DNA from: an uncultured Desulfobacter sp.
Lineage (GTDB): Bacteria > Desulfobacterota > Desulfobacteria > Desulfobacterales > Desulfobacteraceae
DNA length: 64,000 nt
Direction: 5' to 3'
Assembly: GCA_963665095.1 (NCBI GenBank)
Contig: OY762069.1
Coordinates: 2,016,001-2,080,000 of the forward strand
Positions 1 to 11,797 of this stretch are shown here, piece by piece (within the stretch, counting starts at the first letter, position 1; every line of letters starts with the position of its first letter). The translations under genes and the position numbers were made by a program. The notes under the pieces are model-generated. The model ran no database searches. It had not been told where the DNA came from and saw only the letters and a program-made list of their open reading frames with translations.

Positions 1-229
1 AAAATTCCTTATCTTCTGGTGCCAGAAAGCCAATAAGAACGGGTTTGGGTTGCCGCTCGGTAACATGATAATAAATATACAGTTCAATGGGTTCGTCTGC
101 ACGGGATTTATCAAGACACCGGGACAGGGTGATGGGGTCCATCAGCACCTCATATCCGATATCACCGGCCAAAAGGATAATACTGTCCGCCTCTTTGCGA
201 AGAATCTGTCCTCTAAGGAATGCAATCAT
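1..229 (-). CDS. ruvA: Holliday junction branch migration protein RuvA (5' part; runs off the window)
   Basis: Not in the ORF track. Manual translation from ATG at 229 gives MIAFLRGQILRKEADSIILLAGDIGYEV...LYIYYHVTERQPKPVLIGF. ATGA overlap with the ruvC stop. Confidence 0.9.
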   Translation of the reverse strand, partial: MIAFLRGQILRKEADSIILLAGDIGYEVLMDPITLSRCLDKSRADEPIELYIYYHVTERQPKPVLIGFLAPEDKEF

Positions 230-708
230 GCCTGTTTTCCGTACCTGAAAAGGCCAGTCAGTGCCAGCCCTAATGCATCAGAGGCATGAAAAGGACGAAT
301 GGGGCCATGGTGATGCAGAAGGTGCCTGACTGCCCGTTCCACCTGATACTTATCTGCCCCGCCATTACCGGAAATCACTTTTTTTACCTCCCTCACAGAG
401 ACCTCATGAATTTTAACCCCGGCTTTGAATGCCGCCAGAATAAGCACTCCTGAGACTTTTCCCAGCATAATACCTGATCCGGGGTATTTTTCAAGGGAGT
501 AGATATCCTCAATAATAACAAGATCCGGCTGTTGCTCCAATAAAAAGGATTCAGCTTTCCGGTAAATATAACCCAGCCGCTCAGGGATCGCTTCACTGGC
601 CTGTGTGGAAATACTGCCAAAGGAATAACTGTCAATCTGCCGGGCCTGGCCCTCAATAACCCCAATCCCGGTTCCTGCGAGGCCGGGGTCAATGCCTACG
701 ATTTTCAT
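226..708 (-). CDS. ruvC: Crossover junction endodeoxyribonuclease RuvC
   Basis: GIDPG N-terminal motif, IED, GNGGADKYQV, SDALGLA; next to ruvA. Confidence 0.95.
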   Translation of the reverse strand: MKIVGIDPGLAGTGIGVIEGQARQIDSYSFGSISTQASEAIPERLGYIYRKAESFLLEQQPDLVIIEDIYSLEKYPGSGIMLGKVSGVLILAAFKAGVKIHEVSVREVKKVISGNGGADKYQVERAVRHLLHHHGPIRPFHASDALGLALTGLFRYGKQA

Positions 709-725
709 ATATAAAAAATATATTA

Positions 726-1571
726 TTAATTTAATGTGTTAAGCTTTTTCTTGGCATACTTGGCTTCCGGGGAATTGGGATACCGCTTGATCAGTTCATT
801 AAGAATCAATCTAGCATTGGCCTTTTCACCCAGTTCGGCAAATGCGTAACCCTGTTTAAGGCGGGCGGCAGCGTTTTTATTGGAGTCAGGGTATTTCTCA
901 AGCACTTTCTGGTATTCCAGAATCGCTTTTTCATACCATTTTTCCGAATAGTAGGAGTCGGCTATCCAGAATCGCGCATTATCAGCATTTTTGGATTGAG
1001 GATATTTGCTTATAAAATTTTCAAACTGAAGTCTTGCGTTCTCCCGGTCCCCTTCATCAAGCAGCTTTTTTGCAAAATTATACAGTCCCTGTTCTGTCTG
1101 CTCCACAACCTGAGCGGGATGAGAGCTGCTTTCACCTGGAGTGCCTGGTTCAGAGGGTTCAAACCCCATATATTTTTCCAGGGCAATCAATTTTTCGTAA
1201 TTTCGGGAAATGGCGCTGTCCAGACGGTCAATCCGTTTTTCAACACTCTCCTCGCGGGCCTGATCTGTAATACCGAACTTGTGACGCAACTCCTCAAGTT
1301 GACCCTGAATTCTGTAAAAATTTTCTTTAAGCTGCTGGATATCATACTTTACCTCGGCATAATTTTCCCGGGTAATCTTTGAAAATCCCTCAACCTGTTC
1401 CTTAAGGTGTTCAAGCTCGTCAGAATTAGTTTTGTCCATTTCATTCTGACGATTGTTGTCCTGCTCGATAACAGCCACTCGAGTCTCCAGAACGTCATAC
1501 TGGTTTGGTGCAATGCACCCAGAGGTTATGACCAGGAGTATAATACATAAATTAAAACGCAACAGTCCCAT
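726..1571 (-). CDS. cpoB: Tol-Pal associated lipoprotein CpoB/YbgF
   Basis: Lipobox (TSGC), coiled coil, C-terminal TPR (ADNARFWIADSYY...YPDSNK); follows pal. Confidence 0.92.
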   Translation of the reverse strand: MGLLRFNLCIILLVITSGCIAPNQYDVLETRVAVIEQDNNRQNEMDKTNSDELEHLKEQVEGFSKITRENYAEVKYDIQQLKENFYRIQGQLEELRHKFGITDQAREESVEKRIDRLDSAISRNYEKLIALEKYMGFEPSEPGTPGESSSHPAQVVEQTEQGLYNFAKKLLDEGDRENARLQFENFISKYPQSKNADNARFWIADSYYSEKWYEKAILEYQKVLEKYPDSNKNAAARLKQGYAFAELGEKANARLILNELIKRYPNSPEAKYAKKKLNTLN

Positions 1572-1689
1572 TTTATATGAAATCCAATTAATTTATATGA
1601 AACACTCCTGTTATCCACGGAATATTTCTATCTTTGTTGATACCCGGCACATCATCCTAAAGACCGGTTCATGGCTATTAAATGCAATG

Positions 1690-1726
1690 AGGGGCACAGC
1701 CGCCAATTCATACCGACTGTGCCCTT
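1690..1726. terminator. Stem-loop between pal and cpoB
   Basis: GGGCACAG (1692-1699) pairs with CTGTGCCC (1717-1724); weak U tract. Confidence 0.45.
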
Positions 1727-1792
1727 AAGAACGATATAATGGCAGGGGGGAGCAAAACACCACCTTTCCTGTATATCTGTTAATAGCGTTTA

Positions 1793-2374
1793 TTAATTAA
1801 TGACAAACTGGGCACGCCTGTTTTTGCTATATGCGTCCTCTGTATGACCCGGATCAAGCGGTTTCTCTTCTCCGTAGCTCACGGTTCCAAGACGATTAGC
1901 TGCCACGCCTAAATCCACAAGGTAATTTCTGGCAGCAGTAGCACGTTTCTCACCAAGGGCAAGGTTGTATACGGTGGTGCCCCGCTCATCACAGTGACCT
2001 TGGATCATGACTGCAACGGATGAATTACTCTGCATCCACTCCGCTTTTTCCCGAAGCAGTGCTTTGGCTTCAGAACTAAGCTCTGCACTGTCATAATCAA
2101 ACAGGATATTTTCGTTTAAAAACCGTGCTTTTTCAGCAGCAAGCTTGGCCTGCCGTTCTCTTTCCCGTTGCTCTTCCAACTGCTGTGCCTTAATTCTTTC
2201 AGCTTCAAGGCGGGCCTGTCTTTCGGCATCAGTCTCGCCGGTCTGGGTAGCCTGAGTTTGATCCTCTACCTGGGCAGGCTCTGATACCACCTGCTTTTTG
2301 GCACAGGATACCATAGTCAAAAGCCCTGCCATCAGAACCACCATCATCAGATTCATCCATACGTGTCTTTTCAT
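1793..2374 (-). CDS. pal: Peptidoglycan-associated lipoprotein Pal
   Basis: Lipobox (VSC); OmpA-like motifs FDYDS, GHCDERGT..YNLALGEKRA, SYGEEKP, NRRAQF. Confidence 0.97.
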   Translation of the reverse strand: MKRHVWMNLMMVVLMAGLLTMVSCAKKQVVSEPAQVEDQTQATQTGETDAERQARLEAERIKAQQLEEQRERERQAKLAAEKARFLNENILFDYDSAELSSEAKALLREKAEWMQSNSSVAVMIQGHCDERGTTVYNLALGEKRATAARNYLVDLGVAANRLGTVSYGEEKPLDPGHTEDAYSKNRRAQFVIN

Positions 2375-2424
2375 GTCAAATTCTCCTTAAGTATTTTAGA
2401 TTACCCTGTTAATAATACCTTTAT

Positions 2425-3777
2425 CTAATCATTTGAAAAACCTGAATTTTTTAGCCAGTCCGGTTCGCTCTGGGCACCTGCCATGCCAAGCAGGCGACGC
2501 TGATCAGTTCCGGCAGCGGTCATAACAAACAGATGAGCAGTTCCCCCCTCCCTAGTCGACTTAAACACAATCAGGCTGCCGTCCGGCGACCAGCAGGGAT
2601 CTTCATTGTCGCCCTGGTTCACTGTCAACTGTACCGGTGTCCCGATAAATGGGTCCACCGGTATCACGAAAATATTTATTTTATTCTGCTCGATCCCAAC
2701 ATAGGCAATTTTTTTCCCGTCCGGGGACCAGGCCGGACTTGTGTTATATTTCCCGTTAAAGGTTATGCGCTGTGCCTCCTGCGAATCCGCTGCCTGAATA
2801 TAAATCTGGGGATTGCCGGTGCGGGACGATGTAAAGGCAAGCGCGCTTCCGTCCGGGGAAAATTTCGGGGAAACATTTGAGCCCCAGCTCTTGGTAACTC
2901 TTTTAATAATTTCTCCCTCACGGGTCAACAAATATATTTCCTGGTTTCCCTGATAACTTAAGGTCGCAGCTAATTTCAACTCTCCGGGCATCCAGTCCGG
3001 AGATATATTAATTCCCTTGTAATTAATGATGGAACCGATGTTATCCTTTAAATTTTTAATATAAATATCAGGCTTTCCCCTGGCATAGGAAACATAGGCC
3101 AGCCACTGCCCGTCACTGGACCAGGCAGGAGAAAGGGAAATGCTTTTATGCCTGGTAACCTGCACAGGGTTGAACCCATCAAAGTCACAGGTAAAAATCT
3201 CTTTGTTTCCTTTGACTGTGGAGACAAAAGCAATCTTGGACCCAAAAACCCCGTAATTCCCGGTAAGCGCCTTGGCCACTTCGGCACAGAATCTGTGAAC
3301 CATGCCTCTGAGGTGTGCGGTCGGTCCGCTGTAAATTTTGCCCACCAGAAGCTTGGTATTAAATGTATCCATAAGACGAAGTTCAAGCTTCACCTGCCCT
3401 TCCGCCTCCTCTATGCCCCCGGTCACCAGAAGCTCAGCGCCAATACCCGTCCAGTCCCTGAAATTTATCTGCCCAAGCTGAATACCTGATTCGGCCGGGT
3501 CTGCGAGAAATGCAACCGGATCCATAACCTTGAGATACCCTGTAAAATCCAGTCCGGCTGTTAAAATCTGTTCAGCCTTGACACCCTGGGCCACCTCTTC
3601 CTCATGGCCGTTAAAAGTTTTAAACCGGGTGACGGCCACAGGGGTTTTATTTAAAAACGGATTTGAGATGTTGATATAATCATAATCCTGAGCCTGGACA
3701 ACCGCGCACACGAGCAGACAAAGGGTCCATATCCCGCATGTTCTTTGAAATACTTTCATATAATAATCTTTTTTCAT
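2425..3777 (-). CDS. tolB: Tol-Pal beta-propeller protein TolB
   Basis: Signal peptide and repeated PxWSPDG (PD40) motifs. Confidence 0.96.
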   Translation of the reverse strand: MKKDYYMKVFQRTCGIWTLCLLVCAVVQAQDYDYINISNPFLNKTPVAVTRFKTFNGHEEEVAQGVKAEQILTAGLDFTGYLKVMDPVAFLADPAESGIQLGQINFRDWTGIGAELLVTGGIEEAEGQVKLELRLMDTFNTKLLVGKIYSGPTAHLRGMVHRFCAEVAKALTGNYGVFGSKIAFVSTVKGNKEIFTCDFDGFNPVQVTRHKSISLSPAWSSDGQWLAYVSYARGKPDIYIKNLKDNIGSIINYKGINISPDWMPGELKLAATLSYQGNQEIYLLTREGEIIKRVTKSWGSNVSPKFSPDGSALAFTSSRTGNPQIYIQAADSQEAQRITFNGKYNTSPAWSPDGKKIAYVGIEQNKINIFVIPVDPFIGTPVQLTVNQGDNEDPCWSPDGSLIVFKSTREGGTAHLFVMTAAGTDQRRLLGMAGAQSEPDWLKNSGFSND

Positions 3778-3808
3778 TAGAGCACCTGTTTTTTCTGAAA
3801 CAATCGCA

Positions 3809-4753
3809 TCATTTCAAGCCCCGGGGAGAAAATCCAAGTATAAGTTCATAGGAAGACATTCCCTTCGGAAGCTCCGGCAGGGGATTTGCTCTTTGTACTG
3901 CTTTCTTGGCAGAATCATCAAGGTACGGGTTGCCGGACTTGGTTTCAAAGGAAATATCCCGGATGTCTCCACTTTTTAAGATCTTTATAAATATCCTGAC
4001 TTCCAAATCCTGATTCATACCGGCCATGGCATCATTAAACACCCAGTTCTGTTCAATGGCCGACTTTATCACCATCTGGTACAGTGTCAAAGGGCTGGCA
4101 TCACCTCCGCCCCCTACCGGCCCGGTCCCCTTTGCAGCGGAGCTGTTGCCGGAATTCTTTTGCCCCTTTGAGGCAACCGAGGCCTTCAGCCGTTCTAAAG
4201 CTTGATCAAGCTGCACCTGATTCTGCTTCTCCAATTTTTTGGCCAGATCTTTTCTGGCTTTCGCCAACTCTTTTTCGGGATCTTTTTTAGGCTTGTGGGT
4301 CAGTTTTTTCTTTTTTGGCTTATCAACTGCTTTTTCTTTTCTGTCTTTAATGAGCTCTTTTAAATTATCAGGCTTTGCTTTTAAGCTGACATCAGGGGTA
4401 AGCACCGGGATTTCTGGCTCCTGTAGATCTGCCGGATCAACAGCAACATCTGCCTGATCATCAAGATTCACCTGACTTGAATCTGAGACAGGCTTATCAG
4501 GCTCAGAAGATTCCTGTCGTGTCTGGGCATTCGCAGGCCCCGGGGCAAAGCTGACCAAGTCCACTGTAACAATTTTGGGTTTAGGAGCAAAAAACTCAAA
4601 ATCATGAATAAAAAACAGACTGGTAAAAAAAAGCCCATGGCCAATCAGAGAGATCAGACATACCAGTAAAAAACCTTTTGAACCAAGGTGCCTGTCTTCT
4701 GAAGAAAACCTGCGCCGGCTTTCAATATGAGACCGGATATCCATTTTAATCAA
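3809..4753 (-). CDS. tolA: TolA/TonB-family energy transducer
   Basis: N-terminal TM with SxxxH (SLIGH), Lys-rich linker, C-terminal SGNPYLDDSAKKAV..ANPLP; lies between tolR and tolB. Start could be 4744. Confidence 0.8.
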   Translation of the reverse strand: MIKMDIRSHIESRRRFSSEDRHLGSKGFLLVCLISLIGHGLFFTSLFFIHDFEFFAPKPKIVTVDLVSFAPGPANAQTRQESSEPDKPVSDSSQVNLDDQADVAVDPADLQEPEIPVLTPDVSLKAKPDNLKELIKDRKEKAVDKPKKKKLTHKPKKDPEKELAKARKDLAKKLEKQNQVQLDQALERLKASVASKGQKNSGNSSAAKGTGPVGGGGDASPLTLYQMVIKSAIEQNWVFNDAMAGMNQDLEVRIFIKILKSGDIRDISFETKSGNPYLDDSAKKAVQRANPLPELPKGMSSYELILGFSPRGLK

Positions 4754-5175
4754 TTCGCAGCCGCTGCTTTTTCATCCTCTGGCAGGGTAACCATGCCCAG
4801 GCTTTTAACACCGGCTTTTTTAATCTTAGACATAACATTAACAACCACCCCATAGGGCACTTTTTTATCAGCCTTAAGATACACGGTGTCCCTGGCCAGA
4901 TTCTGCATAACCGCAGTAAGTTTTTCAGCCAGAAAGGGTGTACTGACCTCCTGATCATTGATATATACTCTCATCTCTTCATCAATGGAGATGATCAGAT
5001 TTTGCTCATCCGTGGGAAGTGCCTGAGATGTTGCAGTCGGCAGGTCTACATCCACCCCCTGGACCATCATGGGCGCAGCAACCATAAAAATGATCAACAA
5101 AACCAGCATAACGTCTACAAGCGGCGTGACATTAATTTCCGACATCAAATGGTCATTGTCTGATCCAACCTGCAT
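4750..5175 (-). CDS. tolR: TolR
   Basis: EINVTPLVDVMLVLLIIFM and ADKKVPYG motifs. Confidence 0.95.
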   Translation of the reverse strand: MQVGSDNDHLMSEINVTPLVDVMLVLLIIFMVAAPMMVQGVDVDLPTATSQALPTDEQNLIISIDEEMRVYINDQEVSTPFLAEKLTAVMQNLARDTVYLKADKKVPYGVVVNVMSKIKKAGVKSLGMVTLPEDEKAAAAN

Positions 5176-5880
5176 TTATGCCTCCAGCTTTTTTTGAATG
5201 TCCCGCTCAATAATATTGAGCAGATCCGATGAAAAACTTTGAAGCTCAGAGTTGAACACACGGATCCGATCAGAAAAATAGTTATATGCTATCACCGAAG
5301 GAATGGCTACGGCAAGGCCTGCGGCTGTGGCAACAAGAGCCTCTGAGATACCGGGGGCCACAACGGCCAGACTGGCAGATCCTGACAGACCAATTCCCTG
5401 GAATGTGCTCATTATCCCCCATACCGTACCAAACAACCCGATAAAAGGAGCTGTATTACCCGCCGTGGCAAGAAATGAAACCATCTGGGACAACCGCCGA
5501 TTTTCCACAGTAATGGCCCGGTTCAGTGTACGCTTGACACTGCCCATCAGTTGAAAGCTTGAACTGGTATTTCTGTTGGCCGCAAGCGTCTCTTTATTGT
5601 CAGACCTTGCAGCCTCCATATAAGCGGCAATAAAAATTCTGGCAAGCGGGCTGGAACGGAGCGCCTTTGCTTTGGAAAAAGCATCAGCCAATGTACGGCA
5701 TTGCCAGAAAATTTCAGTAAAATCTGCCGAATCCCTGAAGGCTTTTCGGATATAACTGAACTTTATAAACATAATGGACCAAGAGATAATGGAAAAAAAC
5801 AGCAGCAAAAGCATGATGAGTTTTACAACTGGCCCGGCATTGGTAAGCATGTACAGCAGGCCCACTGATTCCGTGATCAT
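5176..5880 (-). CDS. tolQ: TolQ
   Basis: APFIGLFGTVWGIM and VAPGISEALVATAAGL motifs. Confidence 0.96.
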   Translation of the reverse strand: MITESVGLLYMLTNAGPVVKLIMLLLLFFSIISWSIMFIKFSYIRKAFRDSADFTEIFWQCRTLADAFSKAKALRSSPLARIFIAAYMEAARSDNKETLAANRNTSSSFQLMGSVKRTLNRAITVENRRLSQMVSFLATAGNTAPFIGLFGTVWGIMSTFQGIGLSGSASLAVVAPGISEALVATAAGLAVAIPSVIAYNYFSDRIRVFNSELQSFSSDLLNIIERDIQKKLEA

Positions 5881-6047
5881 AAATCCTTCCTTAAACTTTT
5901 ATTGGCACCCAAGGAAACATACCAGATAAAAAACCATAAATCTACATATCCCTGATTCTCCACCCAAATCCCCCTGCAGTATCAGCTTGACTGCCCGCAC
6001 ATTCGCACACGATTGTGATTATCAAGACAGGCAGAGGTCGGGTCAAT

Positions 6048-6080
6048 AAAAAAGCCCCCTTGCCATTGACAAAGGGGCTT
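6048..6080 (-). terminator. Intrinsic terminator of groESL
   Basis: Minus strand reads AAGCCCCTTTGTCAATGGCAAGGGGGCTTTTTT, downstream of the groEL stop. Confidence 0.85.
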
Positions 6081-6154
6081 GATCATAACAGATCACATCA
6101 AAACAACATCAAGGCTGGATAACATTCCCGCTCATGGTGTCGTCCCATGATAAA

Positions 6155-7813
<1,659 letters not shown>

Positions 7814-7869
7814 TTAATGCTTTTAATTATATTTCGAATTTCATTACTTGCATATCAAATAAAAACAGC

Positions 7870-8157
7870 CTAGTCGACAATACCCAGTACATCATCCTGA
7901 CGCATGATCAGGTAATCAACCCCGTCAATTTTTACTTCTGTTCCGCCGTATTTGCTGAACAATACGCGATCACCCACTTTGACATCCATGGGAAGCAGTT
8001 TTCCATCTTCACCCATGCGACCGTTACCAGTGGCGACAACTTTGCCTTCCGCTGGTTTTTCCTTTGCTGTATCAGGGATAATGATACCGCCTTTTGTTTT
8101 ATCATTCTCTTCAACGCGTTCTACCAGAATTCTGTCACTCAATGGTCTGAAACTCAT
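7870..8157 (-). CDS. groS: Co-chaperonin GroES
   Basis: [40 protein letters not shown]. Confidence 0.99.
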   Translation of the reverse strand: MSFRPLSDRILVERVEENDKTKGGIIIPDTAKEKPAEGKVVATGNGRMGEDGKLLPMDVKVGDRVLFSKYGGTEVKIDGVDYLIMRQDDVLGIVD

Positions 8158-8256
8158 GATACAATTCTCCTTTGCTTATTAAGTTTGTGAATTAAATTTT
8201 ATTTTGAAGCAAGTCAGCTTACGCTGCTTCATCTTCTATCATGCATAATAGAGATT

Positions 8257-8502
8257 TTACTTGTCAGCTGACTTGGAAGCTGATTTTTCAGCTGGTGAAT
8301 CTTTGGTTTTAGACCCGGACTTGGCTCCACCATAATCGGTTACATACCAACCGGACCCTTTAAGATGAAAGGTGCTCTGGGAAATAATCTTTTTAAGCTT
8401 ACCATTGCACCTGGGACAAACCTCCATGGGGGGTTCTGAAATTTTTTGAAAAACTTCTTCAACGTGCCCACACCCGCTACACTGGTACTCGTAAACTGGC
8501 AT
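8257..8502 (-). CDS. FmdB-family zinc-ribbon protein
   Basis: MPVYEYQCxxC...CPxC...FHLKGSGWYVTDY. Confidence 0.92.
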   Translation of the reverse strand: MPVYEYQCSGCGHVEEVFQKISEPPMEVCPRCNGKLKKIISQSTFHLKGSGWYVTDYGGAKSGSKTKDSPAEKSASKSADK

Positions 8503-8646
8503 CTTTGTTTTTCCTTCCTAAAAATTGCCGAAAACCGCTTGTTTTGCGGGACTCCTTGCTTGAAAAACAAAACTAAAATAATAAGTCTTTTATCCTTGTC
8601 AAGGAGAACCGTCCAAAATTTTTCGCAAAGGCACTTCTTTGGGTAT

Positions 8647-9159
8647 TTAATACCATTCCTTATAAAATTCAAAAACTTGCTGAATTCCATCCACAGGTTT
8701 GGGTGCAATAATGTCATGGGTAATACCATGTACTTTTTTTTCCTCCTCAAGCGTCACTTCCGCTTCAGAGGCATTCTCATACCGATGTTCAAACCGGGCA
8801 AAACGGACGACATGAACGAGTTCATGTACTAGAATGTATAAAAGGAAGGCTGATAAACGGATGTCAGGCCGCAGTGATAAAAATTCAAGGATCGCAGGGT
8901 CCTGGATACAGACATGGTAAAGACTGAATGCAGAAGAACCTAAAGAGTGATTTTGTCTGCGGCCTTCATACTTGAGCACCTGAGCAAAAGGCCCTTCCAC
9001 CCGTTCGTGGGTCGCTAACTGTACTGCCGTTTTAATATCATACCTGTTTTTCAGCCACTGGGAAGAAGAGAGCTTGAAATAATTGTATACCATCTCCTCG
9101 GCCCTGAGTGCGGCAGTCGAGACCTTTTCAAGTTCACCCTCATTAAAAAAACGTGCCAT
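8647..9159 (-). CDS. Hypothetical protein with HExxH (zincin-like) motif
   Basis: YILVHELVHVVRF followed by downstream Glu residues (EEEKKVH). Confidence 0.7.
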   Translation of the reverse strand: MARFFNEGELEKVSTAALRAEEMVYNYFKLSSSQWLKNRYDIKTAVQLATHERVEGPFAQVLKYEGRRQNHSLGSSAFSLYHVCIQDPAILEFLSLRPDIRLSAFLLYILVHELVHVVRFARFEHRYENASEAEVTLEEEKKVHGITHDIIAPKPVDGIQQVFEFYKEWY

Positions 9160-9274
9160 TTACAATCTTGCTCCGTGCAACAAAAAAAATGGACATCTGC
9201 ATTAAGTGTGTGCTATAGTCACAATTTAGCAAATCAAATGACAGTTTCATAGTTTTTTAAAGGAGGTGATTTTT

Positions 9275-9370
9275 TTGGGCAGCGTTATTAAAAAGAGAAG
9301 AAAAAAGATGCGCAAGCATAAACATAGAAAGCTCCTTGCCAAAACCAGGCATCAAAGAAAGAAAAAATAG
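9275..9370 (+). CDS. Small basic ribosomal protein bS22 / AURKAIP1-COX24 (DUF1713) family, 31 aa
   Basis: Below the ORF-track cutoff. TTG start, strong SD AGGAGGTGA at 9261-9269; MGSVIKKRRKKMRKHKHRKLLAKTRHQRKKK. Confidence 0.93.
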   Translation: MGSVIKKRRKKMRKHKHRKLLAKTRHQRKKK

Positions 9371-9410
9371 GACCTGAAGAAACAGGAAGCTCCTTTTTCT
9401 TTCCTGGCCC

Positions 9411-9461
9411 GTGGGGAGTATTGAGTTGTACAGCAACTATGGCTCAATACTCATATCCCAC
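9411..9461. terminator. Long stem-loop between the convergent bS22 and hflC genes
   Basis: GAGTATTGAG (9416-9425) pairs with CTCAATACTC (9443-9452); outer GTGGG/CCCAC pair. Confidence 0.65.
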
Positions 9462-10463
9462 TTATTTCATCCCATTTGTACTTTCCTTAAAGTATTTCAT
9501 CAATTCGGAATCTGTAGACAAAATAACCGTTGAATCTTTCTCCAGGGTCTTTTTATACAATTCCATGGTTTTTAAAAACGCATAAAATTCTGGATCCTGG
9601 CCATAGGCGTCTGCATAAATATGGGCAGCCTCAGCATCTGCCTTACCTTTGATTTCCTGAGCCTGTTTATATGCCTTTGACTTGATCACTTGCAGTTCCC
9701 GCTCTTTTTCACCTCTAATGTTGCTGGCCTCGCCTTCACCTTCGGCCCTGAACTTTTCAGCAATCTGGTTTCTTTCAGCAATCATCCGGTCATAGACAGA
9801 CCGGCGGACACTGTCTATATAGTTAATCCGTTTGATTTTGACATCCACTACCTCGATACCGAATTCAGCCAGTTTTTCCCGGGCCTGTTTTTCTATCTGA
9901 CGGGCAATCTCGGCACGGCCTAAATCTACATGGTAGCGAACCGGCCGTTTCGGAGCCTCGGTACTTTCATCCTCGCCCTTTGTCTCTTTGCTCTGAAAAA
10001 CCTCAAAGGTATCCATGGGACGGTCAGTATTTCTGACACTTTCAACAAGCGGATAGGAAGAAATCAGGTCCCGCATGGCAGGATCAATAATGTCATCCAG
10101 TCGTTTAAGAGCCGAAAACTCATCCTTTACTGTCTGAAAATAAACAATGGGATTGCTGATCCGCCACCTTGCAAAGGTATCCACCCATATATAGGTTTTA
10201 TCTTTAGTCGGGATCTGACCAGGGTCACCATCCCATTCCAGCAAGTTTTTAGGAAAATAGTTCACTTTCTGGATAAATGGAATTTTAAGCTTCAATCCAG
10301 GTGTTTTTTTGGCCTCTCCTACAATGCGTCCAAACTGGGTGATGACCACCTGTTCTGTTTCATCCACCACATAGATGGAATTATACAGGGCCAGCACAGC
10401 AACAGCAACAACTGCCAGAAAAACAATACTTACCCGACCGGTCCGATTCGTTGAATTTTCCAT
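9462..10463 (-). CDS. hflC: FtsH modulator HflC
   Basis: SPFH domain, VYDRMIAER, DPEFYAF. Confidence 0.96.
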   Translation of the reverse strand: MENSTNRTGRVSIVFLAVVAVAVLALYNSIYVVDETEQVVITQFGRIVGEAKKTPGLKLKIPFIQKVNYFPKNLLEWDGDPGQIPTKDKTYIWVDTFARWRISNPIVYFQTVKDEFSALKRLDDIIDPAMRDLISSYPLVESVRNTDRPMDTFEVFQSKETKGEDESTEAPKRPVRYHVDLGRAEIARQIEKQAREKLAEFGIEVVDVKIKRINYIDSVRRSVYDRMIAERNQIAEKFRAEGEGEASNIRGEKERELQVIKSKAYKQAQEIKGKADAEAAHIYADAYGQDPEFYAFLKTMELYKKTLEKDSTVILSTDSELMKYFKESTNGMK

Positions 10464-10465
10464 AA

Positions 10466-11539
10466 TTACTCACCCTTCTGAAGCAGCCGGTCTGACGTGT
10501 TATTCCCCATATTTACAAACGGCAGCAGGTTTTTCTGGTCAGAATCAATTATATATTTATTTTCCAGCTTGGGCAGCACCTCAAGCATGGCTTCCAGGTA
10601 CATCCTTTTACGGGTTACGTCCTTTGCCTGGGCATATTCATCATAAATAGCCTTAAACTTGGCAGCGTCACCCTGGGCGCGATTAACCCGGTCAATGGCA
10701 TACCCTTCAGTATCCTTAATCAGGCGCCGCGCCTCACCACGCGCAAGAGGCACGGCCTTATTATACTCTTCCCGAGCCTTGTATATTGTCTGTTCCTTTT
10801 CCTGAATGGCCTGGTTGACCTCGTTGAACGAGGCCTGAACAGGCTCTGGCACATTGGTCTTCTTCATCTCAATGTTGACTATACTGATGCCGGCCTCGGC
10901 ATTATCCATTTCCTTTTGAAGCATCTGTTTGGCTGCACTGGCAATTTCGGCACGACTGGAAATGACTTCGTTAATACTTCTGTCTCCGATGACAATTCTC
11001 ATAGTGGCTTCGGACATATGTCTTAGAAGAGATCGGACATCCTTAACATTAAACAGATAGGCCCTTGGATCCGACCTTCGGTACTGGACAATCCAGGGAA
11101 CCACTGCCACATTCAGATCGCCGGTCAGCATCAGAGAGGCCTCCTGCCGGGAAGATTCCGATGAGGTGCGATAAGTGCCGGTCTCACTGTAAGTTCTGAA
11201 CCCAAACTCTTCGGTTTCCACCTGCTTGACATTCACCTTTGTCACTTTCTCAATGCCAGCGGGCAGCTTAAAATTTAATCCCGGCTCAGCCAGACGGTTA
11301 TATTCGCCAAAACGCTGAATGACGCCGACTTCACTCCTGCCAATTGTGAACACAGTGGATGAACCAAAGACAGCAATAATCAAAAGAATCCCCACAGCAA
11401 AAATACCGGGGAATTTAAAGTTTTTAAACTTATTAACAAGATCATCCATCTGAGGTGGCGTGGGCATAGCCGGCCCCCCACCCTGTTTTTGTTCATATTT
11501 TTTTTGATTTTCCCTGAGCTTTTCCCAATCCCAATTCAT
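10466..11539 (-). CDS. hflK: FtsH modulator HflK
   Basis: MLTGDLN, ARGEA, AQGDA, VTRKRMYLE; upstream of hflC. Confidence 0.96.
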   Translation of the reverse strand: MNWDWEKLRENQKKYEQKQGGGPAMPTPPQMDDLVNKFKNFKFPGIFAVGILLIIAVFGSSTVFTIGRSEVGVIQRFGEYNRLAEPGLNFKLPAGIEKVTKVNVKQVETEEFGFRTYSETGTYRTSSESSRQEASLMLTGDLNVAVVPWIVQYRRSDPRAYLFNVKDVRSLLRHMSEATMRIVIGDRSINEVISSRAEIASAAKQMLQKEMDNAEAGISIVNIEMKKTNVPEPVQASFNEVNQAIQEKEQTIYKAREEYNKAVPLARGEARRLIKDTEGYAIDRVNRAQGDAAKFKAIYDEYAQAKDVTRKRMYLEAMLEVLPKLENKYIIDSDQKNLLPFVNMGNNTSDRLLQKGE

Positions 11540-11797
11540 AAATAATATCCTGTAATGAATGACCTGATTAGCAATTCATTGCTGTTCAAAGGTCTGCTTG
11601 AAACGTCCTGAAGGCAAAATATTATCTTTTGTAAAGGAATCAAGGTGAAAAGGCAATATTTATTTAGGACTGACATGCACCCCCATGGTGTTGATACCGC
11701 TACCCGGACAGGCTGGTATTCTCCGAAGGATTTCTTAAATGATATTTCTGTGGTATGAATATTAGTCATTTTAACAAAAATATCAGGATCTGGCATA

